NCBI GenBank assembly: GCA_017499595.2
Contig: CM039010.1
Span: forward strand, 744,001 to 808,000
DNA: 64,000 bases
Direction: 5' to 3'
Origin: Psilocybe cubensis
Lineage: Eukaryota
Position numbers and translations under genes: made by a program. The number at the start of each line of letters is the position of its first letter. The first letter of the stretch is position 1. The notes beneath the pieces were generated by a model. That model did not search any database. It was not told where the DNA came from and saw only the letters and a list, made by a program, of their open reading frames with translations. Shown here piece after piece: positions 13,840-25,208 of the stretch.

Positions 13840-14160
13840 ACTATTACAAGACTCATTGATTTTTCCATCCCCTTTGAGACCTCTGAGTAGTTTCTTTTTA
13901 CATTTATGCTCTTTTCTTCTTCATTTCATATATACTGAGCTTGGTATGAGGTTGCGTCTTGCGTCCAACATTTCGAAATCTCCGATTGAGGGCTGCACAA
14001 TCGCATCATTGTGCAGACATCATAGGGTTAGGGTTATTATCACATCTAACCAGAACCTCTGCACTTTGTAACATCACTCCCATCGCCACTATCGCCCGTC
14101 TCCTGAATTCTTCCTGGATATCCGCCACAGACGCGAATACCTATATAATATTCTGAAAAT

Positions 14161-16234
14161 ATGATGGACGTAGACACCATAGAAGAAATCCAGCCTCAAG
14201 ATGGCACTTCATCATCAAAGGTTCATAGACCTATGTTCCTACCTGTGGATGAAGCGCATCCGTTTGATCTGGATAGTTATATCGCGAACTACTCAGGTGA
14301 GAACTGGCTAATCCTATAGCTCACTTATTTATGTGAAAGATTGTAACGCTAAAGGCGCCCTTTATTCTTGATCTTGTTCATTACTTTCCACACTTTCATT
14401 TGAACAAACCACACAGGCCGTACAGCGATCGACCGGCTCGTGTTCATAATCGTACTCTGCCCATCCATCGCCCCAGAAGCCTTCTCGCTATGTGTGAAAC
14501 GCATACACCGCTCGCGCGATCCGTCTTTGTACCAGCATCTCTTGCAGGCGTACGAGCAGACGGCGAACGCTGCTGCATCGGACGGGGGCCTTGACATTAG
14601 TTTACCGAATACGATGGACCTCGCTGAGCTCGATACGAAGTGGGTGGACGACGTGACGGCGGAGAACCAGGCGGATCGGGTAAAGCTGGAGGTTGAGCTC
14701 AAGACGTATAGCAATAATATGATCAAGGAGAGCATCAGAGTGAGTGTCTATGCTTTCTTACTCTGTTGTAGAGTCTATCCAATACTTAACATAAACAATG
14801 CTGAATTTGTGTAGATGGCGCATCGCGATCTGGGCAATTTCTATCGCTCGATAGGCGACTTTGGTACGGCGCTGAAGCACTACACCAAATCGCGCGAGTT
14901 CTGCACGACGAGCCATCACGTCCTCGATATGTGCATGTCGATCCTCGAGGTAACGTCCCCCCTCAGGCCTCATACATATTCCGATAACACTAATATCAAT
15001 ATACGCTTATGTTCACGTTTACAGCTCCTAATCGAACAAAGGAACTACGCTCATATCACAACCTACGTCTTCAAAGCAGATGCAGCGCTGGACGCAGCTA
15101 CAGCAGCCTCGGCCTCTGCTACGGCCGCTACAGCCAACTCGTCCGGTAATCCCGCCGCAATTGCGCAGGCGATGAAGAAGACAGGAGGAAAGAACGAGAG
15201 GGACGCAGTGCAGGCCAAACTCGACTTTGCGACGGCGCTGTCGCACCTCGGCCAGGGGTCTTATGAGAAGGCTGCGAATGCATTTTTGAAAGTTGGACCC
15301 GCGAAAGACCTTGGGCATTGGATTGGACAGGTGTGTATACGCATTGTTATCACGATTACCCAATCGTTGCTATTTTTTTCGATAGTAATGATTACTTATT
15401 AAACTGTCTTTTTCATAGCTCATCGCGCCCGGTGATATTGCGATCTATGGCACACTATGTGCACTGGCCACGTTCCCGCGGTCGACAATAAAAGCGAGAG
15501 TGTTGGAAAACGTAACATTTAGCGCATACATTGAACAGGAACCTTACATCCGCGAGCTCATCGAGGCGTACATGAACAGCAACTTCAAAACGGTACTCGA
15601 GCTGCTTAACCGGTACTCTGTATGTTTTCTTTTTCTTTTTTAAAAAAACTTTAGGATTTAATCTATCGCACAGACTCGGCATGGAATTGACATTCACCTC
15701 TCGCCACATATCAATGACCTTGCAACCGCGATCCGCAACAGGGCTCTAGTGCTCTACTTCCAGCCCTTCGCGACGATTAAACTGGAACGGATGAGCGCTG
15801 CCTTTGGGTGGACCGTCGAGGAGGTCGAGCAGCACGTTGTCAATCTCATCCAGGCAGGAGATATCCAGGGCCGAGTGGACAGTCAAAATAAGGTGCGTTT
15901 GGCTTTCATCTTCTGCATTTGGATGTGGATAAATTTTTAAAATTTGTTTTTTTTTTTTGGCATAGATCTTGAAAGCAAAGAAGACAGATTATCGGGATGA
16001 GCTCTTTGCTCGCGCTATCAAGGCCGGCACCGATATGCAGGCCGCAAATAGAAAGCTGCTGCTTCGCATGCGATTGTACGTTCCTTTCCTTCTTTCACAA
16101 ACTGCATATATCTTCCTGTGAATCACGTTCATTTATGTATCTACTACAGACAACAAGCAGACCTCATCGTCAAACCTCCAAAAGGGGCCAATCAGTCGGG
16201 TGTCTTGACTGATTTTTACGCTGGTGGAGAGTGA
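14161..16234 (+). CDS. CSN1: COP9 signalosome subunit 1 (RPN7 and PCI domains), multi-exon
   Basis: [101 protein letters not shown]. Confidence 0.92.
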
Positions 16235-16677
16235 AAAAAAATCGATCTAGCTAGTCGGCCAATTTTCATGCTTGCTTTCAACTTTTGTTTCATGCATTGT
16301 ACCATATCTTTCTTTTCTTTTTGTTTCCGTCCCATTTGCTGTGTTAACTGTAGGCGCAATCATATCAATTGTTGGGAGTCCACAAGAGACTGTCTATACA
16401 CGACCCAACTTTGTTTCAAACATCCAGTCGCTGAAGTTGTGCATCGAGCATGAGAAGTTGAGAACCCAGAGATAAGTTATATTCCAATTTCCTTAGCGTG
16501 GGTACATATATACATCATGATACATCATAAAACAAGAAGGAATGAAAAAGTCGTGTAAAAGGGTTGAATGAGAGAAAAAATGAGAGTGAAAAACTGAGAA
16601 ATTGATTCCATTTTCATTAGTGTATATATAAATAATTCTGTTTCTGTTCCTCGTGTCCTTTCTGACGTGACCTGCCA

Positions 16678-19600
16678 TTAGCCAGTCTTGGTCCTCGTGC
16701 GCATGATCCTCGTGGTCTTTGGTTTACCTGCAGCAGGCACACTCGTCTCAGCTCCCAGTCGGTCATCTTCGTCGTTCTGCTCGGCCTTGGGCTTCGTCTT
16801 GCCCGTGCTCTTGGTGACACCAGCAGTTTTCGTAGTTCTGCCAGACCCAGCCGTCGCTGCGGCTCCGGTTTTCCTAGACACTCTGACCTTGGTAACAACA
16901 GGTTCGTCATCGCTCGCATCCAACGACCCGGACCCCGACTTCCCATTGCTAGTGCGCGCGTTCTCCTTCTCTTCCCCATCACCAGCGGAAGCAGACGTGG
17001 TGGCGGCGGCAGGCGCAGAGGCAGGCGTCTTAGGCCGGCCACGGATTCTGTTGGCTGTCCCGATAGCCGCAGCGGGGTTGGTGTTGCTGGCCGTAGGATT
17101 GCTCGCTGGTGTTTTGGCTTTTCGAGACTCGGATGCAGCGGGTGTCTTGAGGGTGTTGGCACGAGCACCTCTTCCGCCGCGAGTGGCTGCTAATGGCACC
17201 GGCTCTTCTGTCTCCTCTTCGACTTCGGGCTCGGGATGCACAGTAGGGGTTGCCTCGGCTGCCTTCCTGCCTCGGGCGAGTGCAGGAATGCGCCCTGGAA
17301 TCTTGCTAGCTTTCTTAGCAGTCGTTGAAGCCGCTGGTGCGGCAGCAGTGGGAGCCGCAACTTCATATGAGTCGAACTCATCTTCGTCGTCTTGAGCTGT
17401 CCGTGTTACCGGTACAGGAGTAGGTTCAGCGACTTTTCTCGGGCGACCTCTCTTGGCTGTTGGCGGTGGTGCGGGAGCTTCCTCTGCTTCATCTTCTTCC
17501 TGGATAGCAGTAGGCACCGGAGTAGCAATGACGCGGGGTTTCCGGCCCCGTCTAGGCGTAGGCTTAACCTTCTCAGCAACTTCTTCATCAGCCTCTTGTT
17601 CAACCTCAATTTCTTCTGGCTCAGTTTCAGATTCAGTTCGTTTGCCTTTCCTCTTCGAAGGAACAGCCACGTCAGCAGGCTCTTCCGGTTCAGCTGTTCC
17701 TCTCCTAGTAGCACGTTTCGCGGGGGCCGCAGTACCAACAGGTTCTTCAGGCTCAGCGGTACCTCTACGAGTCGAGCGTCTCGCGACAGGCTCCTCCGGC
17801 TCAGCAGTGCCCCTCCGGGTTGTCGTCCGCCTGGCTGCAGAACGTGTTGCTGACTGCTCGGCGCTATCTGCGTCAGGCGTCGTATCCATTTCTTCGGTGT
17901 CTGCAGAACGAGGTTGAGGAGTTTTCGAACGATGTCTATGTGGGCCAGAGCCGGAAGCTTCTGGCTCGAGAGACTGAGGTGCTGGCGATTTAGATTTCGC
18001 CGTTCTTGATCGAGGCTTGGATGATGAAGGAGGTTTGCTGCTTGAAGGTGGTTTGGTTGATGACTTGGATTTGGGCACAACAGAATCCTGAGTGTGAAGG
18101 AAGTGTATGTTAGACATTGAGGTGCGATAAAGGAAAAGAAGATCGAACAAAAACGATAAAGTGGATATTTTGAAAAAGTAAAAAATGATTTCGGTGAAAG
18201 AATGGCGTACCTCTTGTTCATCCTGATCAGCTTGATCATCGGTGGCTTCTTCCCGAGCTTTAGGTGCTCTCAGTAACCTTGGTCGACCCCTGGTTCTTCC
18301 ACGAGTTCTAGTCTCCGGTTCAGCCTCTTCTGATTCAATGGGAGATTGTTCCGCATCTTCAACAGGCTCGACAACAACAGTGGGAACACTCTGCATCACT
18401 ACATCAACCTCTTCTTCCTTCTTTTCTTTCTTAACTCTCACTGTTGGTGCAGTTGCGTCGACTTCGTAGCGTTTGGCAGGAGACAATGATAAAGATGCTC
18501 GAGCTCCAGGGCGAAGGAGAGTGAATTGCTCAGGTTCACCTTCTGTAGCTATTGCTTCATCCTCTTTCTCCTCCATCAGTTTTGTAAAGATCGATAATGA
18601 TGAAGATTCGGCCTGAGCTCTCGCTGTTGGCGTAGCCTCGGCCTCAGCACTCGCAGAGGTTGAGGGAATAGCGGACGAAGATCCAGCAAGTAATCCGTTT
18701 CCTTTTCTCGGCTGAGCAGGTGTTATCTTGGTGAAGTCAAGTTTCTTGACGCTCTCGCGAACAACAGATTCTCGCCACGCAGAGCCAGGAGCAGGCGTGG
18801 GGCCTGTGCCTTCGCCATCCAATAAGGTAGTCCGTGGAGTCGAGAGCGTCGCGATGCTACGTCGGCGTTTCATATCTTCCACCGTCTCGCGCATGCGCTC
18901 GAACAGACCAGTCGTTGTTTCGGCTTCGTCGTCAATTTCTTTGCTAGCGGTACGCGTAGGATCACTTTTGCCATTAGAGCTAGGATCGGAAGGTTTGTCG
19001 AGGAATATAGAATGCCCTTCGTCCGCCTCCGCTTCGGGGATGGCGTAGCCCAGCGAACGGCCCTTGGTAGGCGAGCCAAGTACACCTCTCCTGGGAGTCG
19101 CTGTTGTAGTTATACCAGAGGATGAGGGCCTGCCGAGCCCCAAGCCCGGCGGCGCTTTCGTAGGTGACGAGCCAGGAGCCGCCACTGCTCCAGGACGAGA
19201 CTTTGAGGGGCTCATACCAGGCGCACCGTCCTTCCAGAAACTGTCCTCGCGCACTTCGCGCACAGCGCTGCGCCGCCTCTCCTGGATCGCCTTGCGCTCC
19301 TCTGCTGTAATGGAAGGACGGGCAGAAGTGATCCTTGACGAAGTTGCAGGGAGTTCGGCTGTGGGTGTTCCAGCGTTTGGTGTACTTGGAGGGTCCATTG
19401 CACGCGTGCTGGTGGGTGTGGATGAGGCAGGGGCGACGATGGGTGGGACGACTAGGTCCTTGACGCGCCATGGTTGTTGGACAACAACACGACGCGCTTC
19501 GCCGCCGCCCAGAGAATACCTTCCTGGACCTGGGGCTGGGGCAGCTACTGGTGCGGGCGCAGCTGTAACCGCCGGTGCGGACCCAGCAGCTTCTGATGCA

Positions 19601-21427
19601 TTGGATGTGGTAGTAGTTGTGGAGGGGAAAATAGTCTTTCTCTGTAGCTGCACAGGCGGACGCGCCTGCGGGGTCATGAAAGATCCTAGAACCCTCCGTA
19701 TGGGAGTTTGTTGAGCCCGAGGTTGGGGTGCTAGTGGTAGAGATGGAACCTCATCATGCTCTTCTTCTTCCTCTTCCGTGCGTTCGTCCTCCGCGGCTTC
19801 TACATCAGGCTGATGTTCTTCTGCCTTTTCTTCTTGTTCCTCACCCTATAAATTGAATCAGTTTAATTTTAGCAAAGACCCCGGACAAAATAAACATACA
19901 TCTTTCTTAGCACTGAAGGGCCAAGGAATGATGCGCTCAAGACCTTTCTTCCAGAGAGGCTTATCCTCTTCTTTCTCTTCTTTCTCATCCTTCTCCGTAT
20001 CATCCTCCTCCATTTCTTCCGCAGAGTCGGTGTCCATATCAAGACTGTCACTATCGTCGCTCACATTGCGCATCTCAACATCTTGTGCATTCTCTTCTTC
20101 CTCTCCTTCTTCGCTGCTATCATCATCCATAGCTAGATCGTCGTCGTTCCGCTTGCCTCCTGGGGCAACGACAGCGTCCAAGACCTCCATCTCTTCTTCC
20201 TCTTCCTCTCTTTCCTTTTCGGCCCTCCACACTGCCCGCTGTGCAGATCTTATCAAGACGGCACGATGGAGTGCTGTGCCTCCCAGAGATTTACGACGTG
20301 GTGGCGTGCGTGGCGGCTGGGGTTGAACGAGATGAGGAACAGGTTGTGCTATTACTGGAGTTGGTGTCCCGGGTGGGCCTGCCCGTACAGGCTTGCTAGG
20401 TGTTCCTGCGGCATAGACTGAAGGGGAGGGTAGAACCAAATGCAGGGGAACGTCCTCCAAGATAACGAGGTCGCGGTCTTCTTCCACAACACGAGGATGG
20501 TTTGTGTGTACAAGCACAATATGGTCTTCCTCGGGTTCGCCCTCAGCATCGTTTTGGACATCTTCGTCGTCAGATTCTTCGTCGCTGGAGTCATTGTCAT
20601 CTGGTCCGATGCCGAATTTGAGTGGTGAGACAGCTCTTGGCTTGTTTGGGCTTGTGCTGCGATCCCATCCGTTGGCGTCGAGGGTGCTGCCGACACCGAA
20701 GATGCTGGTCTTAATGGGACTTTGTAGGATTTTGAGATTCTCTCTAGGGTCCTTTGAAGGTCGGGGGCTAAACACCTGTGCCGATTGAATCATGGACAAG
20801 CGTAGGGTACGATTTCTCTGAGCTAAATAAAACCAACGCGAATTTCAACGAAATGCCACATTGCTCCGACATTGCCAACGAACACATACCAACTGGAGTG
20901 GCTAGAAGAACTTTGCGTACGTCTTTAGGTGGGTATGTAAATCGGAAACGTTTGCTGTGAATCTCAAACTCAGAGTTGTTGACTAGTGGAGTGATTGTTT
21001 GTTGTGTCTCTGCTGAGGCACTGCTCGAAGACGACGATGACGTGCTGGGGTATACCCATGCGCCGTCAACAAAAGCACCTGCCTTGCCTTGTACGACAAG
21101 GAATGCCTTGGTGAACGGTATCGGCAACTTTCAACGATCACCGCAAACAATGCAACGCACCTTTCCATCCTCGTTGATGAGCCTGCAATGTACAGCGTCC
21201 ACTGTGGGGTAATACAACCTAACATCGCATTGTAAAGAGCTCCCAAAGGTCAGATTGGCGGAATCGATCCCAAAAGATGTTATAACTTGTGGCGGTGGGC
21301 TTGATGCCATGTCCTTTGGTTTGCCATCAGACTCCACTCCTGCTGGTGGAGCTGCCGTCGCGTTCTGCTTTTTGAGCAAGCTAAGCGTGCCGTAGCGTCC
21401 AACTTGGCTAAATCCCGTCGTATCCAT
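16678..21427 (-). CDS. Large protein with an N-terminal FHA-like domain and a long disordered, S/T-P-rich, basic C-terminal region (Ki-67-like architecture), multi-exon
   Basis: YGTLSLL...LTFGSSLQCDVRLYYPTVDAVHCRL | AFLVVQG...FVDG...LVNNSEFEIHSKRFRFTYPP. The following exons (ORFs 19858-20799 and 16678-19677) are low-complexity and contain 3x RRGTAEPEEP. Confidence 0.75.
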
Positions 21428-21508
21428 TTCCGAGATTTAGTTCCTGATATCGTTTCCCGGCCTGTGCGTGATAATCACAGCAAGTTGCAAACAGTTTGAA
21501 GAGGTTGA

Positions 21509-24500
21509 TACCCCTCTGCAAGCGAAGTTTGGGGATCGAGATAGGGCGTAAAGATGAGCCCTATAGAGCTTCGTCGGCTGAGATATACGCTCTTTGGAGG
21601 TTTAAGAGACCAATCGCGGTCGGCGGTGGTGGGGGAAGAAGCTGGTTGAATTTGGAGAGCAATTCAACAACAATCAAAAATGAGAACGCGCGAGGTTGAA
21701 CGACCACGTGCTCGCATCACATCAAATAAGTTATTCTCACGGTCTGAGGCACGTCTCGCTTAACGCAAACCAACACTTGAGCTTCACGTTGGTTGTAGGT
21801 GCACTCCTGGGTGCTCCAGGTCCTGTATATATTGTGAGCTGAGTCTCACATTTTCTCAACTTAATTCATACTAACCAATGAGTTGTTCTTGTCCTTCTAC
21901 TAGTGCCTTCTCCTACTAATTAATCACGTCGCTTTGCCGTAAGGGCACTCTATTTCTTGATTATTACGCGACTTTCAACTATTTCTCTCAGTCGGCGACG
22001 CGAGTGAGTCTTTCCTAATTGCCCATGATATGTATATATTTCTGTATTTCTGACTCTTTTCAGTCCCTCACTGACACCTCGCACGACATAACTGGGTACG
22101 CAGTTTGTGCCCTGCCATGGCTTACGAAATGGACGGAGAGTTTGTTACTTGCAGCATCGATGACTTTATGTCGCATTACTTTGCTTTTGTGCCAGACAAA
22201 AACAATGTTACGAGATGCATACAGAAGCATCTAATGCCATTGGGCGTGGCATCCATGAACCAGTCTCAACTTGTATTTTCTGAGTTCCCCGACACCCATT
22301 TTATTGCCAATAACAGCATAGGCAAGGAAAATGAAATGGAAGTTTATGCACCGTTGGCCAGTATCGCTAAACACATTGGCAATTATGTGTACCAGCACCA
22401 GCCCGGCCTCGCAGGGCCGACCCCCATACGCAATAAATTCAACTACCGAAATATCCTACACTCCTCTATCACCTCTGACACACATGAATCAAATCAAGTC
22501 GACGCATGTTTCGCATCCAATCAGGATAATTCCTTCAGTACCTGGGCAACGGCTGTACCCATTGAACAAAAAGTCAAGGTCAACAATGATGAACAGCGAC
22601 TCGATGTAAGTCTGTTTCTCCAAGCTATTAACTGTACTCGCTGACTCAAGCCTCACAAATCCGTAGAATATAGACACGGTGCTTTCCGCCAATGCTCAGA
22701 TCATGAACGACGATGTCCGGCGCATGTTTACATATGGAGTGCGTCTCAATATATTTTCATGCATTATCTGTTCTCATTCGAATGTAGATGACTTTTGACG
22801 CAGACCAGGTAGTTCTCTGGTTTCATTGTCGGTCCCACTCCGCAGTTTCTCAACCATTCAGCTTTGTCAAGGTATGCATTCACACTTTATCCTACCCAAA
22901 GGCTGAACGCTGAACGAAAAACTCCACAGGATCCTGAAAGACTCATCAAAATCTTTATGTTTTTCCTCTTCGCAACTGAGGAGCAGCTTGGATACGATCC
23001 ATTGGTGGAACGCCAAGTCGATGGCCAATATATCTTTCGAATTCGCCATTCCAAGCCAAACTCTAACGATGCAGATGATTCTCGATTCTATCGTACTGTG
23101 AAAGTGCTCTCCGGCTACCGGTCCAACAATATCACTTGTCGAATGCCTCGAGTATGGACCGTTGAACGTTATAATCCAACTACTGGAAAAGCAATGCCGG
23201 GCAGCCTGCAGGTCCTGAAGGATGTCTGGATTGACCATACTGTTCAAACGGAACGGCAAATTCAAGAGGCAATTTTCAAAGCGATCAACAAATTTGGCGA
23301 CGAGGAGGCGCCTGAGCATCCTGACCTTAAAATCATCTGGGAGGAGCGAAGGGAGCTTATTCGATCCAGAGACTATCGAAGACTTTTCCTCACTATCGCA
23401 GACGACTATGAAGGTCAAAGGTCAAAAGTAATCGCACCTGAATCGCGCCGCATACGCGGCCTTTTCGACCCTATGAGAATCTATGACCAAGCAAATCAAA
23501 CACACAGAAAATCTGATGTTGAGCAATATTATGTGCCGAGGAAGCAGTATCGCGTTGTGTTTGAGGAGATTTGTCTGCCCATAAAATCACTGCCAACACT
23601 TGGAGATGCGCTCGATGTCATCCAGGACATTCATATCGGTCAGTATTTACGAATGGCCACGCTCTATAGCCCAATACTTATTTTTCGTCCTGTAATTACA
23701 GCGCTGCAACTAATGTACTGTGCTGGTTGGGTTCACCGAGATATCAGCGACGGCAATATTTTAGCCTGCCAAAAACAAGGATCTCAATCGCAATCCACGG
23801 TTTGGCAGGCCAAGCTCATGGACCTTGAATATGCGAGGCCGTTCCAGCGTCCTGACGAAGCTGTTGCTGATCCGACAACTGTAAGCGTTTCAAGCAATAG
23901 AAGTAAGATCCGGCTTTGCAAATCTAATATCTTGCTACCAGGGCACGCCTTTTTTCATGCCTGTGGAGATTCTCAACAAAGACTACTTTTATTATAAAGG
24001 ATTTGAGCACCCCGAATATGATTCTGATTACGAGGACGCCAGCGACAGCCGCGTTCCTGCAGCTCCTGCAGAAGATGACATTGTCACTCATAACTTCCAA
24101 CACGATTTAGAGTCGGTTTGGTGGCTCATTCTCTATCTCATTGTTTCTCGCGTCTTTATTCAACCCAACGAATACTGGGAAGGTCGCATTCTTGACAAAG
24201 AACAAGCCAACCGGTGGATCTCCGGTGTCTTTCAAAACTTGCTTGTTTTGTCGAAAGAGCGAAGCAGATGCTTCGTTCGCGGTTCCATCAAACAACAGAT
24301 TATGAATTTCACGCCCAATCATCTGAAAGATCTGGTCGACCGTCTGCAGCGCAACAAAGACGTTTTACTGTCATTTTATACCAACCGCGAGCGCAAGGAA
24401 CAAATATACGATCATGCCTCGTACGCGAGAGTTCATGTCAACTTCGGTAAATTTCTTGCATCCATTCAGAATATGGAGCCTAAGACCTGGCGTGAATACG

Positions 24501-24950
24501 TGCTCCCTTTCCCTGAGCCTACTCTATCCACTCAAACCGAGACCCCAGCTAATGCAGCTCCAGAAACCCCGGCTCCATAGCCCTCGACATATGCAACAAT
24601 TCCTCCGAGGGAGTATCTGTTCCGCCCCTCTAAAGTTAAGGCAAAACGAAGACCTGAAAACGAAGACCTGAAGAAAATTTCAACCGTGGTGGAGGATGAT
24701 CCAAGAAAGGTACTAAGAGGTCTCGCCATGGTCCCTAAAACTTAATTCAACCACTTTCCTCTCAACTTGCATTTCGAGGTAGATATCGCAGTGGCCAGCA
24801 AGCCATACCTCTTTTCAACTTGTTCGTTTTACCCCACTCCGTCCTCCCCAGTCTTGTAATTAATATCTAGCACATTTCTACTGTACATGTATCCCCACTA
24901 TTGTCTTCAGTGGCTTTCAAGCTCTCGTATCTTACCCGACAATCTCTATA
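21509..24950 (+). repeat. Segmental duplication unit containing K1. Its 5' part is repeated inverted at about 49550-51733.
   Basis: caagcgaagtttggggatcgagatagg...tttaagagaccaatcgcggtcggcggtggtggggg matches the reverse complement of 51600-51722. Confidence 0.85.
22117..24580 (+). CDS. Fungal-type protein kinase (FunK1/Pkinase_fungal), copy K1. The ancestral upstream exons are degenerate and the C-terminal tail is shortened.
   Basis: QIMNDDVRRMFTYG, WFHCRSH, FATEEQLGYDP, VLKDVW, KQYRVVFEE, GWVHRDISDGNIL, KLMDLEYA, GTPFFMPVEI, HNFQHDLESVWW. The first exon (ATG 21878) hits TAA after 13 codons. TAG at 24578 stands where K3 has CAG. Confidence 0.88.
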
Positions 24951-25208
24951 ACCAACGGTCGAACCATTGCGTTCGTGGTTTTCTCGCTTTCCTTGGCATA
25001 TCTGTTGTTACCCATATTGGGTCTAAATCCCGCAGGGATTTGTTTATGAACAATGGTGGTACCGTGGGAGCTTTGCAACGCCATCCCGTGAAAGTGAACC
25101 AACACGACTGAACTTCACTTTTAGCAAGTGGCATTACCCAGGTTTCTTTCAAGCGTAGATAATGTGAAGATTTTGCCTTACTTTTCTGTATCTGACCGGT
25201 TTCTTACT

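Noticed and set aside
16688-19714. Several long plus-strand ORFs overlapping the FHA gene
   Set aside because: They are antisense to a GC-rich low-complexity CDS and have no independent motifs.
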